This document shows, in pieces, positions 1 through 9,552 of a DNA stretch of 64,000 bases. The stretch lies in IMG/VR virus record IMGVR_UViG_2675903433_000022; one strand, 5' to 3'. The notes beneath the pieces were generated by a model. The model searched no databases. It was not told where the DNA came from and worked only from the letters and a program-made list of their open reading frames with translations. Source of the stretch: a virus. Taxonomy: Duplodnaviria > Heunggongvirae > Uroviricota > Caudoviricetes. The number at the start of each line of letters is the position of its first letter. Position 1 is the first letter of the stretch. The position numbers and the translations under genes are program-made.

Positions 1-746
1 TATTTTTAGTCATCCTGTTTACCTCTTTCTCAGGGAGTTTAGTCTCCAGGATTTCCGGGGCGGTTCAATACATCCTCAAAATGATGACCGCGCTTGGAGT
101 TACCCAACTCATTGCAAAAGATGCAGAAGCGGATGATCTGGCCGGGCTGCTGGTAGCCAGCATTGCACCGCAGCCAATCGTTGAACACATCTATCTGTTA
201 ACAGGCGATAGCGACTGGCTTCAGTTAGTTCGCGAAAACGTAAGCTGGGTAAGCCTGCGCGAAGACGCCAAAAACAAGCAGGTTAATTTTGAGCAATTTG
301 CGGAGCTGACAGGATTCGCTACTCCTCGCGCATTTTTGGAAGCAAAAGCATTACAAGGCGATAAATCGGACAACATTAGCGGTGTTGGTGGCATTGGTGC
401 TGGCGGTGCGAAAGAGCTGCTGCATGAATGGGGAAGTGTCGCAACGATGGTACGCGGCATCAACGACGGCTCAATCGTGGTTGACAAAGGACGCCATAAG
501 ACCGCCTTCAACAAACTAGCGAAGAATGCCTTCAACGAGAAAACAGGCTGTCGAATGCTCGAAGCGTTCAAGAGAAACATCACGCTAATGAACCTGATTG
601 AGACGAAGTTTCCGCCTACCGAAATCGAAACAATCAAAGGCAATCGTGACGTGAAAGCATTCGAGCAACTGTGCTACGAGCTGAATTTCCGTTCGTTCCT
701 TGAAGACCTTGAAGTGTTTGTTCTTCCATTCGAAAGGTATTGCTAA
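1..746 (+). CDS. 5'-3' exonuclease / flap endonuclease, C-terminal part (N-terminus probably upstream of window)
   Basis: Track ORF 81..746; frame appears open back to window start; acidic motifs EADD and LLTGDSD plus glycine-rich H3TH-like ISGVGGIGAGGAKEL typical of FEN/T5 D15-type nucleases. Confidence 0.7.
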   Translation, partial: FLVILFTSFSGSLVSRISGAVQYILKMMTALGVTQLIAKDAEADDLAGLLVASIAPQPIVEHIYLLTGDSDWLQLVRENVSWVSLREDAKNKQVNFEQFAELTGFATPRAFLEAKALQGDKSDNISGVGGIGAGGAKELLHEWGSVATMVRGINDGSIVVDKGRHKTAFNKLAKNAFNEKTGCRMLEAFKRNITLMNLIETKFPPTEIETIKGNRDVKAFEQLCYELNFRSFLEDLEVFVLPFERYC

Positions 747-1012
747 TGCTTAAATCGATTATTAATGGCGCTACAACCACCCCTACCCAACTGGCAAAAG
801 AGATTGTCTTTTATCACGGTGAGTACGCTGTCATCGCACTGCCGTCAATTCTAGGCGCTGCCGGAATGAAAGCGACAGATCGCGAGTTTGGATTAGTCAG
901 CGAGCAGGTCGTAAAAATCCTCGCTCGTGTATCCAGACTCCTTAACCACGATGCGATTGTATTCGACGAATCCGCCGCTTTAAAACGAATCAACGAAACA
1001 AAAGGAGCCTGA
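746..1012 (+). CDS. hypothetical protein
   Basis: Track ORF 740..1012 with ATG at 746 overlapping the upstream stop (TAATG); no recognizable motif. Confidence 0.45.
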   Translation: MLKSIINGATTTPTQLAKEIVFYHGEYAVIALPSILGAAGMKATDREFGLVSEQVVKILARVSRLLNHDAIVFDESAALKRINETKGA

Positions 1013-1014
1013 TC

Positions 1015-2088
1015 ATGGCAAAAGGAAAATCCGCACTGGCACTTGCTCTGAAAAAGAAAATCGGTAGCAACGACGAAATTCAGAAAGTAACTCATTGGAT
1101 TGACACAGGCTTTCCTCCGTTAAACAAAGCGATTTCCGGTCGTTACGATGGCGGTTTCCCATGTGGTCGTATCGTAGAAGTATTCGGGCCACCAAGCGCG
1201 GGGAAAACCTTTTTGGCAACGGCAGCAATGATCTCCGCACAGAAACAAGATGGTCTGGCGGTATTCCTCGATCATGAGAACAGTTTTGACGTTGGCCTGG
1301 CTGTAGCCAATGGCCTGAACGCAGATGAGGATGACGGTCAGTGGGTATACAAGCAGCCTGACACCTTCGAAGACTCTGTAGAGTTGATCGGCACAATACT
1401 TAAATTGGTACGTGATGAAGAGCTTATCCCTGAATCAGCACCTATCTGTATCGTGGCTGACTCACTTGCGTCTATGGTTCCGAACTCCAAAGCCGAGAAG
1501 TTCGAAAAGATGGCTGAAGGCACTGCCAAAGACAAAGATCAGCTAAACATGAACGACAATACGGCACTGGCTCGTGCGACAAGTGCGAACTTCCCTACTC
1601 TGGCTTTGTGGGCACGCAAATACAACGCCTGCATCATCTTCTTGAATCAGGTTCGCACAAAAATCGGTGTAATGTTTGGCGACCCTACTACGTCGCCAGG
1701 TGGAGATTCACCGAAGTTCTACGCTTCTGTACGTATCCGTCTTGGTGCATCGGTGATGAAGGATGGTAAAGAGAAGATCGGCCAGGACGTAGGCGCAGAA
1801 TGCATCAAAAACAAAGTTGCACCACCGTATGGCAAATGCACCTGGAAATTCTACTTCGATCCTACTCGTGGCCTCGACGTTATCGAATCGCTCGTCGAGT
1901 ACATGCTGGAAGAAGGATACCTGCCAAAGAACGCCAGCGGGCGAGTTGAAATTGGTGACAAGAAATACACCAAATCGCAGATCGTCGAGATGTATCGGGA
2001 GAAGCCACTGGCTGAAATCATTGCGGCTTTGCAGGCAATCGACGACCGAAGAGCAAAAGACAACCCCACCGAGTCAGTAGAAGAGTAA
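1015..2088 (+). CDS. RecA-family recombinase (phage RecA/UvsX-like)
   Basis: Walker A GPPSAGKTF; block IIFLNQVRTKIGVMFGDPTTSPGG..KFYASVRIRL closely parallels RecA [41 protein letters not shown] RBS before the ATG. Confidence 0.85.
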   Translation: MAKGKSALALALKKKIGSNDEIQKVTHWIDTGFPPLNKAISGRYDGGFPCGRIVEVFGPPSAGKTFLATAAMISAQKQDGLAVFLDHENSFDVGLAVANGLNADEDDGQWVYKQPDTFEDSVELIGTILKLVRDEELIPESAPICIVADSLASMVPNSKAEKFEKMAEGTAKDKDQLNMNDNTALARATSANFPTLALWARKYNACIIFLNQVRTKIGVMFGDPTTSPGGDSPKFYASVRIRLGASVMKDGKEKIGQDVGAECIKNKVAPPYGKCTWKFYFDPTRGLDVIESLVEYMLEEGYLPKNASGRVEIGDKKYTKSQIVEMYREKPLAEIIAALQAIDDRRAKDNPTESVEE

Positions 2089-2095
2089 ACACAAG

Positions 2096-2119
2096 GCGTC
2101 CACAGGACGCCTTTTTTAT
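2096..2119 (+). terminator. rho-independent terminator (GGCGTCC-aca-GGACGCC + T run)
   Basis: GC stem-loop immediately after the recombinase stop followed by TTTTTTA. Confidence 0.6.
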
Positions 2120-2180
2120 CTCTTGAAAATATATAAGTACTTACTTATTATTTTCGCATAACAACCACATAGGAAAACAC

Positions 2181-2381
2181 ATGATCAAAATCTATCTATT
2201 GGCAGTAGCCACAGGCGTTTCAGTGGCTCTCATCTACGGTTTACTGGTTCCGTCGCTGATTTCTACCAAGAGTGATTTAGCCGTCATGTTTGGAGTTATC
2301 GTTGGTTTTGGTGCTCCTGTAATCGGTCTTATTGCTGGTCGTAAGTTTATCAACTCATTAATCAAAGCAAAGGGGAAATAA
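2181..2381 (+). CDS. small membrane protein (two predicted TM helices)
   Basis: 66 aa, two hydrophobic stretches; conserved GGAAAACACATG initiation context; 3 bp before the next gene. Confidence 0.55.
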   Translation: MIKIYLLAVATGVSVALIYGLLVPSLISTKSDLAVMFGVIVGFGAPVIGLIAGRKFINSLIKAKGK

Positions 2382-2384
2382 GTA

Positions 2385-3215
2385 ATGAAGAAAGGTTTAC
2401 TTGCAGTTGCTCTGGCGGCTATTTGCACAATGGGTCTTACTGGCTGTGATCGCGTGGAGCCTGGATACGTTGGCATCAAAGTAAACAAATTAGGTGAAGA
2501 CAAAGGGATCGGTGAAGTGGTTGGCGTTGGTCGCCAATGGACAGGTCTTAACACCGAACTTTACGTATTCCCGACCTTCAAACAAATGAAGACCTACGAC
2601 GAGCCGTTCACATTCCAGATGAGTGACGGTACTGCTATTGGTCACAAAATTGGCGTTGCGTATCTGGTTAATCGTGACAAGGTAACGACGGTGTTCCAGA
2701 CCTATCGCAAAGGCGTAGACGATATCACCGAATCAGATCTGCGTCAGAAAATTGCCGACTCTCTAAACCGTTTGGCCAGCCGTATGACCACTGACTCATT
2801 TATCGACGGTGGTAAGGCACAATTGCTGGACAACGCACTGAAAGATATTCAGAAAGAGATGTCTCCGGTTGGTATTGAGGTACTGAGCCTGTCATGGGTT
2901 GGAAAGCCTGATTACCCAAAAACCGTCATTGAATCTATCAACGCCAAAGTAACGGCTAACCAGCGTACTCTGCAACGTCAGCAGGAAGTTGAACAACGTA
3001 AAGCTGAGGCGAATATGCTACGTGAACAGGCTAATGGTGAAGCTGATGCTATCCGTGCTCGTGCGCAAGCAGAAGCAGACGCCATTCGTCTGCGCGGTGA
3101 AGCTCTGCGTCAAAACCCGAACGTTATGGAGCTGGAAGCCATCAATAAATGGAATGGCCAGTTACCGCAGTACATGACTCAAGGGGCTAACACTCCTTTC
3201 ATTACAGTGAAATAA
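2385..3215 (+). CDS. SPFH/band-7 (stomatin/prohibitin-like) domain lipoprotein
   Basis: Signal peptide with lipobox LTGC; central region and Ala/Glu/Arg-rich coiled coil consistent with SPFH domain proteins. Confidence 0.7.
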   Translation: MKKGLLAVALAAICTMGLTGCDRVEPGYVGIKVNKLGEDKGIGEVVGVGRQWTGLNTELYVFPTFKQMKTYDEPFTFQMSDGTAIGHKIGVAYLVNRDKVTTVFQTYRKGVDDITESDLRQKIADSLNRLASRMTTDSFIDGGKAQLLDNALKDIQKEMSPVGIEVLSLSWVGKPDYPKTVIESINAKVTANQRTLQRQQEVEQRKAEANMLREQANGEADAIRARAQAEADAIRLRGEALRQNPNVMELEAINKWNGQLPQYMTQGANTPFITVK

Positions 3216-3233
3216 CTCTCTTTAAGAAGATCA

Positions 3234-3259
3234 GGCGTCCAGTTGGACGCCGTTTTATT
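3234..3259 (+). terminator. rho-independent terminator (GGCGTCC-agtt-GGACGCC + T run)
   Basis: Same stem sequence as the terminator at 2096; follows the SPFH gene stop. Confidence 0.6.
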
Positions 3260-3310
3260 CTCGTTATTAACACATACAAGAAAACAATTTGTTAAAAGGT
3301 AAAGTTAATT

Positions 3311-4135
3311 ATGCCCAACCACATTACAAACGAAATCCGAGTCATAGGTGGTACAAATAAACAACGCTTAGATTTCATACGTGCCATAACTAACAAAAAA
3401 GGTCTAATTGACTTTAATACCATTTGCAGACGTCCGAAAAGTATAGAAATGGAAGAAAACAATCATATCAGGCGCATGGCCTCTGCAATGGCGGGCGAAA
3501 CAGTTTACGACTACATGTTCGGTGAATTAAAGACTCCAGAACAGGTCGAATTAGCTATGCGTGAATCAGGAATGACACGCAAGGAAATTCGCAAAATCAA
3601 AGAGCAGGCTCTTATGCGGCTTGAGAATTATCGTCGCTATGGCTATTACTCATGGTTTGACTGGTCGCGAGCTAATTGGGGAACAAAATGGAATGCCTAC
3701 AACATCGAAATGCCCGTAAAACGTATCCCTACACGTATTAAGTACGGCCATAATTTCCGCCATACACACGTTCGAGCATATGCAAAACGAATCTATAAAA
3801 AACGTCTTGCAAGACATGCCGCAACTGGTGGTGAGTTGGTGATTCGCTTTGAAACAGCCTGGTCTATGCCAAAACCAATTTATCAAGCGATGGCTAGAAA
3901 GTTCCCGCACCTTGAGTTTGTAATACGTTATGCAGACGAAGACTTCGGCAATAACTGCGGACTCGTTTTACTTCGCAACGGCAAATGGGAATATGACTAC
4001 ATTGCACCGGCGAATAACGAACAATCGTCAGAAGAAAAAATCAAATGGCGCAAGTTCGCCTTTGAGTTATGTTGTCCTGGTATCACTCCACAAGAATACG
4101 GTCTAAATGAAGAATACGAATACGCCGGATATTAA
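3311..4135 (+). CDS. hypothetical protein
   Basis: Track ORF 274 aa; preceded by an AAACAAtTTGTT palindrome; Trp-rich segment YSWFDWSRANWGTKW; no assignable function. Confidence 0.6.
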   Translation: MPNHITNEIRVIGGTNKQRLDFIRAITNKKGLIDFNTICRRPKSIEMEENNHIRRMASAMAGETVYDYMFGELKTPEQVELAMRESGMTRKEIRKIKEQALMRLENYRRYGYYSWFDWSRANWGTKWNAYNIEMPVKRIPTRIKYGHNFRHTHVRAYAKRIYKKRLARHAATGGELVIRFETAWSMPKPIYQAMARKFPHLEFVIRYADEDFGNNCGLVLLRNGKWEYDYIAPANNEQSSEEKIKWRKFAFELCCPGITPQEYGLNEEYEYAGY

Positions 4136-4168
4136 AGAATTGTCATTTGGCTTTACGCTCGAAGCATA

Positions 4169-4921
4169 GTGGTTAAGAAGATGAAAAGAAAAATTGAAGA
4201 ACCAAAAACGACACTTAATAAACATGGGGAAAAAATTCAAACACACCCAGCGTTCGGTCTTGTGAAAACAAGCCGTGTTAGCACGACTGGCATTCGTCTA
4301 TTTGATTCAGAACTGGAACATAGAGACTATATTGAAATAGGCGTTTACGAGGCTGAACTATCCTTGGATAATGAACGAACCCGGCCACAAAGGAGTAGCA
4401 ATAGACGGCCTTTAGTTGAAATTAGACTTAGCCAGGCACAATGGGCTGCTATGGTTAGCAGTTTTGGTGTGGGCGAAGGTGTGCCATGCACTATTTCATA
4501 TAAAACCATTGGCGACTCAATTAGAGTTCATGATATTGCCGAGCAAAAAAGTATTCGACAAAAATTCAACGATCAAATAAAGGCAGCTACGAATAGTGAG
4601 ATTGATCGACTTAATCAGCAAGTATCAGAGCTAGGTGAGCTTGTGAAAAAAGGAAGAGCTGGAAAACGTGACCTTGAAGAACTATATAGAAAACTTGCAT
4701 CTGCTGTAGCTAACCTTCCTGAAAATCTGTGCTTTGCTACCGAATTAATGCAGGAGCAAATGGATGAAATTGTCTCATCTGGAAAGGCGGAGATTGAGGC
4801 GTATGTTGCAGGCACTGTTATGCGTAAAGGGTTAGCAGCATTAGGCACAGAATCATGCATTAACGATGCTCCTACTGTCTCTATCACCAAAATGGAAAGC
4901 GGTAAAGAATTACTACCATAA
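4169..4921 (+). CDS. hypothetical protein (alternative ATG start at 4181)
   Basis: Track ORF 250 aa with coiled-coil-like C-terminal half. Confidence 0.55.
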   Translation: MVKKMKRKIEEPKTTLNKHGEKIQTHPAFGLVKTSRVSTTGIRLFDSELEHRDYIEIGVYEAELSLDNERTRPQRSSNRRPLVEIRLSQAQWAAMVSSFGVGEGVPCTISYKTIGDSIRVHDIAEQKSIRQKFNDQIKAATNSEIDRLNQQVSELGELVKKGRAGKRDLEELYRKLASAVANLPENLCFATELMQEQMDEIVSSGKAEIEAYVAGTVMRKGLAALGTESCINDAPTVSITKMESGKELLP

Positions 4922-4941
4922 ATGTATCTGAGGTACTGACA

Positions 4942-5331
4942 ATGCTTTTAATTCAACCTGGGTTCGGTTTAAAGATAAAAAAAGGACATATGTTCGGTTT
5001 CAAAGAATCGAAACGAAAAATTCTGTCCATTAGATTGCCATTTATCACCATTCATTGGTTAAACAGAGAGTCAACCGATTATTGGTATAAATGTGCTCTG
5101 GCCGCATTTAACGACCCTGACTGGTTTATAGAAAACCACCATGCTGTTCGTCAGGCAAAGAGAAAAGCTAATACGACATACATGAAGGCGTATCGGAAGG
5201 CATGGAAAGAACACCGCGATCGATACCAAAAAGACATGGAGAAACTTGAATTGGAAAATATGGATCTAAGAAGGAAGCTCGGTGAAGCACGGCGAGATAT
5301 TGAAGCATATAAACGTCTTGTATCGGAGTGA
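4942..5331 (+). CDS. hypothetical protein
   Basis: Track ORF 129 aa, basic, coiled-coil C-terminus. Confidence 0.5.
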   Translation: MLLIQPGFGLKIKKGHMFGFKESKRKILSIRLPFITIHWLNRESTDYWYKCALAAFNDPDWFIENHHAVRQAKRKANTTYMKAYRKAWKEHRDRYQKDMEKLELENMDLRRKLGEARRDIEAYKRLVSE

Positions 5332-5333
5332 AT

Positions 5334-5468
5334 ATGACTTTACATTGTTTTTTCAAAGGGCATTGCTTTTCACTATACAGAAACAGAAATAATAATGGGG
5401 CATTCTACATATGTAGTAAATGTGGGAGGACAAAATATCTTCCAGATGTCAAATTTGAAGGTCCTTGA
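5334..5468 (+). CDS. possible small Cys-rich (zinc-ribbon-like) peptide, 44 aa
   Basis: ATG 3 bp after the upstream stop; CxxxxxC...CxxC spacing; below the 60-aa track cutoff, read by eye. Confidence 0.3.
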   Translation: MTLHCFFKGHCFSLYRNRNNNGAFYICSKCGRTKYLPDVKFEGP

Positions 5469-5911
5469 ATGTTTGCATTAAATGGGCAATACAGATGATC
5501 ACAACAGACTTTTCTAAATTAAGTGATTTTGAAATTAACAGACGAGTATGTGAGGCTTTAGATATGGAGGAGTATTTCTTCATACCTGATGACGAAGCAG
5601 ATTTCGATTCGGAGATCCCCACTGACGAAAGAGGTCCTGTTTGGCAGACGTCAAAAAGGGATATTAATGGCTTCCGTGCTTCAAACGGAAATTGCTTCAA
5701 TCCTTGCAACAACCCGGCGGACGCAAAGCCCATTATCGTAGAGAACAGAATTGGCATTATTCCTGCGCCAGAAAATGGATTATGGAAGGCAGCGCATAGA
5801 AAGATTGGTAACGATAATACTCCATACCATATGACTCAAAATGTAAATCCACTCCGCGCCGCCATGATTGTCTTTCTGATGATGAAAGAAAGTGAGAGTT
5901 GTACCGATTAA
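5465..5911 (+). CDS. hypothetical protein (start uncertain; alternative ATG at 5495)
   Basis: Track ORF 148 aa, same strand as neighbours. Confidence 0.45.
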   Translation: MNVCIKWAIQMITTDFSKLSDFEINRRVCEALDMEEYFFIPDDEADFDSEIPTDERGPVWQTSKRDINGFRASNGNCFNPCNNPADAKPIIVENRIGIIPAPENGLWKAAHRKIGNDNTPYHMTQNVNPLRAAMIVFLMMKESESCTD

Positions 5912-6210
5912 TGAATATATACGATTTTTTTAAAAAACCTAACACATGTGTCAGAAAAGGGTATAAACCGTCAGTCATCGATTGCTGGTCGCTATCAGCA
6001 AATAATCTCAACAATGTATTCAAAATGCATTGGGAGTTTCTTTGTGAAGCGCGCGGCGTTCTCGACATGACAGTCAGAGAAGCAATTATCTGGATTCTTT
6101 GGTTTCCGGTAAGAACATTTATGACTCTGACGTACCCATTTACCTTCTGGATTTGGGGAACCGTCCTTTATTTCATATTAAAAGGAGAAGTAAAACATGG
6201 CAGCAATTAA
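5899..6210 (+). CDS. hypothetical protein with C-terminal hydrophobic segment
   Basis: Track ORF 103 aa; Trp/Phe-rich hydrophobic stretch IIWILWFPV..FWIWGTVLYFIL. Confidence 0.4.
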   Translation: MYRLMNIYDFFKKPNTCVRKGYKPSVIDCWSLSANNLNNVFKMHWEFLCEARGVLDMTVREAIIWILWFPVRTFMTLTYPFTFWIWGTVLYFILKGEVKHGSN

Positions 6211-6622
6211 GAAACTCTACGATGCCGCAAACGCGGCTCTGGATGTTATTGATGATGAAGTATCAAAAGGCTTTCCTGAACCTGATTGGGCGCATCAGCT
6301 ACGAAACGCTATCGCCGAAATGAATCCACCAGATCCGACCACCGACGAGACAGACTGGCAGCGATTTATCCGTATGTACGCTCAGGAAATAGGTCCAACG
6401 CCAACGGCAGAGCAAGCAATGCTGCTGAAATACTTCAAAGAGGCGGGAGAGGATTTACCAATTGATGACTCAGCATATTGGTTCCACTGCGCATGGCGTA
6501 AGTATGACGTGATATTCACACAAGGCATGGGGAGCAAAGATATGGTTGTGTGGCATCTACTCCATATAGACACAGCCGTTGACAGAGTTATTGAACAGTT
6601 TTTCCCTAACCAAGAAGATTGA
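6197..6622 (+). CDS. hypothetical protein
   Basis: Track ORF 141 aa; AAGGAG RBS upstream. Confidence 0.55.
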   Translation: MAAIKKLYDAANAALDVIDDEVSKGFPEPDWAHQLRNAIAEMNPPDPTTDETDWQRFIRMYAQEIGPTPTAEQAMLLKYFKEAGEDLPIDDSAYWFHCAWRKYDVIFTQGMGSKDMVVWHLLHIDTAVDRVIEQFFPNQED

Positions 6623-6677
6623 TCGCCTATTCATAACTAACAAAATAAGTAAACACTAACCACAAAAGGAAAAACAC

Positions 6678-6953
6678 ATGAGAGTTTTAGTTCGAATCGT
6701 TACCAGCACTGTCTATGACGTGTTTCCGCTTTTTATGGTCAAAGTCGATGGCCTTAACGACGAAGAAACTGACGCGCTGATCCAGCGTACTCTTGTTGAA
6801 TATACAGGTCATGACGCTGATTCAGTGATGGTTGATGATGATGGTGTTTGTTGGCATAACGGCAACTGTTGGTACGTAGAAGAGACTCAACAAATCAGTG
6901 ATGAAGATGCCGCACATCTTGAGCGTATTTTAAGCATTGGCACTTTTGAGTGA
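6678..6953 (+). CDS. hypothetical protein
   Basis: Track ORF 91 aa; conserved AAAAGGAAAAACACATG initiation context. Confidence 0.55.
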   Translation: MRVLVRIVTSTVYDVFPLFMVKVDGLNDEETDALIQRTLVEYTGHDADSVMVDDDGVCWHNGNCWYVEETQQISDEDAAHLERILSIGTFE

Positions 6954-6992
6954 GTTTACAGTAAAATTTATATAAGTTAGTATCTACCTATC

Positions 6993-7172
6993 ATGAAGAT
7001 TTTTATTGAATACTTGTTACTCATCGCTTCAATAGCTTTTGTCATCGACTGCATTTTCACTGGTGTCATTCGTAAAGTCTTTTCCCCGGTGAACGACGTA
7101 GTCATAAACGCTTTGGCTATCGTGCTCGTATTTAATTCAGCATTTGATGTAATCAAAGAGGTGGCAGCATGA
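6993..7172 (+). CDS. possible small hydrophobic membrane peptide, 59 aa
   Basis: Below track cutoff; stop overlaps the next start (ATGA); two hydrophobic segments. Confidence 0.3.
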   Translation: MKIFIEYLLLIASIAFVIDCIFTGVIRKVFSPVNDVVINALAIVLVFNSAFDVIKEVAA

Positions 7173-7504
7173 AGGCCATCCCATTTGCGCTGTTGTTCCT
7201 TTCTTCGATCGTTGTGGCCGACACCACTGTTTATCAGTGTGAAATGTCTGTAGCCGACGTTAAGAATGGCGCTCTTACCGACGTCATAAAAGCACCATAT
7301 GGAGCGATGGTCGTAGACAGCGGCGACCAGTTCTATGTTGTGCGTGACGATCGAGTGTTGTCATCCCCATATCTCACAAACCGTAATGGCAAATTAACCG
7401 GCGTCGGAGAAGACCACTTCGTATACAACAAATACAAGGGCTTCTATGGCGTTCACGCTTCTCAGCAAAGCTACCTTTTCGATGACTGCAAGGAGGTTGG
7501 ATAA
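7169..7504 (+). CDS. hypothetical secreted protein (N-terminal signal peptide)
   Basis: Track ORF 111 aa; hydrophobic N-terminus MKAIPFALLFLSSIVVA. Confidence 0.55.
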   Translation: MKAIPFALLFLSSIVVADTTVYQCEMSVADVKNGALTDVIKAPYGAMVVDSGDQFYVVRDDRVLSSPYLTNRNGKLTGVGEDHFVYNKYKGFYGVHASQQSYLFDDCKEVG

Positions 7505-7716
7505 TGGCATTAACACTGGCAGGTCTGGAAATCGAGAAAACAAGCGGCTACTGGCGTGCTAAGGGTTTCAAGCAGCCTGGCATTCTTGAGCGTCTGGAAC
7601 GTGAAGATGGGTATATCGTCCACCAGCGGCGTGAATGGCGTATGTACGATCCAGAAACAGGAAAACTGACTACAAAAGCCGGAACACTTTGGGGTCTGTT
7701 AAAGAAAATACACTAA
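7504..7716 (+). CDS. hypothetical protein
   Basis: Track ORF 70 aa; start overlaps the upstream stop. Confidence 0.45.
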   Translation: MALTLAGLEIEKTSGYWRAKGFKQPGILERLEREDGYIVHQRREWRMYDPETGKLTTKAGTLWGLLKKIH

Positions 7717-7763
7717 ATGCAAACTGACTGCGGCACGTTCCGCAGTCATATTTCATAGTCGTC

Positions 7764-8296
7764 ACCGCTGACAGCATACACAATCAACTACCGCTGATAG
7801 CATATCGAGAGTCTATCTCACCGCTCACAGCATACTTTACTCGATTTTTTACCGCTGACAGCATACTTAAGACATTGCATGAATAATGTGTACCGGTATG
7901 GGTATAACCAGAACAAAATTACCGCTGGCAGCATACGAATGTCTGACATATGCCATTAATTACCGCTGATAGCATATCCAAACAAAAATTCCTCAATAAC
8001 ACACCGCTGACAGCATACGTTATATCAGGGAACAGCAGGCAATAAATGCCTTTCACTACAAGCAATCAGCGCAATAGCAATAGAATGTTAGTGAGCGCAA
8101 ACCTATATGGAATGCACTCTTCGAGGTTAGTAACCACTGGGGAGGTATGACAGAGCATTGAGTGGTGATAGATGATTTACCGCTCACAGCATACGTTCAT
8201 CTCACTATACCGCTGGTAGCATATCTTTAACCGTTCACAGCATACTTTTCAGAAAAATAGCCGCTGATAGCATACATTTCACCGCTGACAGCATAT
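7764..8296. repeat. iteron array, 12 copies of ~16 bp ACCGCTGACAGCATAC-like repeat (incA-like)
   Basis: Copies near 7764, 7790, 7820, 7851, 7921, 7962, 8003, 8179, 8209, 8230, 8260, 8281 with minor variants; abuts the 3' end of the RepA-like gene. Confidence 0.85.
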
Positions 8297-9390
8297 CAAA
8301 GCAGTTTGAGACTATTGGAAAGGATCTCAATCATCTTGATATTTTCAGGCGTCAAATTCTGCGAAAGTTCGGTTATCTTATTGATAATGTTCTGTTTGGC
8401 ATCAATTTCCCCGGCTTTCTCATCTGGTTTTTTGGGTTCGATGTCTTCAGGTTTTGGCGGTGCGACTTTGAGTTTTGGATTGCGGCTGTGAATCTGGATA
8501 TAGATCGACCGCCCACGCTTAATCTCGCTGTATTCGAGATAGCCCAAATCTTGGAGAGCTTTTAAGCCGTTGCGTATAGTCTGATTCTGCGAGCTGACAT
8601 TCCTGCTACTCAAATTGAGTCGCGCACGCAATCGAGCAAGCGATACCGGCGCAGGCTTGGTTGGAAGACTTTCGATGAAGGTGTACAGAGCCTGTGCTGT
8701 TTCTTTGCGTGGTAGCTTATTGATAACCTTTAACTGCAAAAGAACCTTATGGTCAAAGCGATATAGTTCGGCCAGCTTCGGTTCTGCATAGAACACCACC
8801 GTATCTTTCTGCTCGTTGTAGTCCACGCTATTGATGAGGTGCACCATCAGAAGCGAGATCTTGTTAGAGCCGTCGACGTTCTTTTCTTCATACGTTCTCT
8901 GGAAAGACAGAGTTGTACGCATGATCTTCAAAAGACTGTTTGTAAGCCGGTCGCGGAGTGTTTTGCGGATCTGTGACGATGGATAGCCACAAAACTTCGC
9001 AAATTTCGTGATGCTTAACTCGACACGACCGTTAGGTTCGCCGTATTCTGCCAGCGAACGCACAACGCCCACCCACGTTTTGAAATCATGATCCATGTCG
9101 AGACGAGGACCGGTTATCTTGATATCGGAATAGCCTTCAGAACGGGCTACTTCGAGCTGAACAAGCTCCTTTGAAGCATCGATCTCATTTGGCTTGTTAC
9201 GCTTGCTGTATTTTGTCCCCTTGAGCGTGGGCACGAACAACCCCAGCCGCATCAACGCAATTGGTTGGACTGTATTGTTGCTATTAGGGACAAGTTCCCC
9301 TGTGTACAATTCAAGGGAACCTTCTTCAAAGTTGTCGAGATTATCTTCTACTTCTTTGTTATTTTTACCTTTTTTATTTTTTGTGGACAT
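8296..9390 (-). CDS. iteron-flanked replication initiator (RepA-like)
   Basis: Track ORF 8296..9510; likely true start is the ATG at 9390 (MSTKNKK...) because the longer ORF runs into the upstream iterons; call rests on context, not motifs. Confidence 0.7.
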   Translation of the reverse strand: MSTKNKKGKNNKEVEDNLDNFEEGSLELYTGELVPNSNNTVQPIALMRLGLFVPTLKGTKYSKRNKPNEIDASKELVQLEVARSEGYSDIKITGPRLDMDHDFKTWVGVVRSLAEYGEPNGRVELSITKFAKFCGYPSSQIRKTLRDRLTNSLLKIMRTTLSFQRTYEEKNVDGSNKISLLMVHLINSVDYNEQKDTVVFYAEPKLAELYRFDHKVLLQLKVINKLPRKETAQALYTFIESLPTKPAPVSLARLRARLNLSSRNVSSQNQTIRNGLKALQDLGYLEYSEIKRGRSIYIQIHSRNPKLKVAPPKPEDIEPKKPDEKAGEIDAKQNIINKITELSQNLTPENIKMIEILSNSLKLL

Positions 9391-9410
9391 GTGGACACCT
9401 TTGTCATTCA

Positions 9411-9512
9411 ACCGCTGACAGCATACTTGATTTGCCGCTGGCAGCATACCAAAAACAGTTGGTAGCATACGGCGAACCGTTGACAGACTATCAATTACCG
9501 CTGGCAGCATAC
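9411..9512. repeat. iteron array, 5 copies (incC/origin-proximal set)
   Basis: Same ACCGCTGACAGCATAC family (two degenerate) immediately upstream of the RepA start. Confidence 0.8.
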
Positions 9513-9552
9513 ATGAACATGGCTTCAGGCCAGTCGTGGCGCGGCTTACAGC

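Noticed and set aside
7764-8296. Possible CRISPR array, because of many direct repeats
   Set aside because: Repeats are only about 16 bp, irregularly spaced (21-176 bp), have sequence variants and flank a rep-like gene on both sides, which fits plasmid iterons rather than CRISPR repeats with uniform spacers
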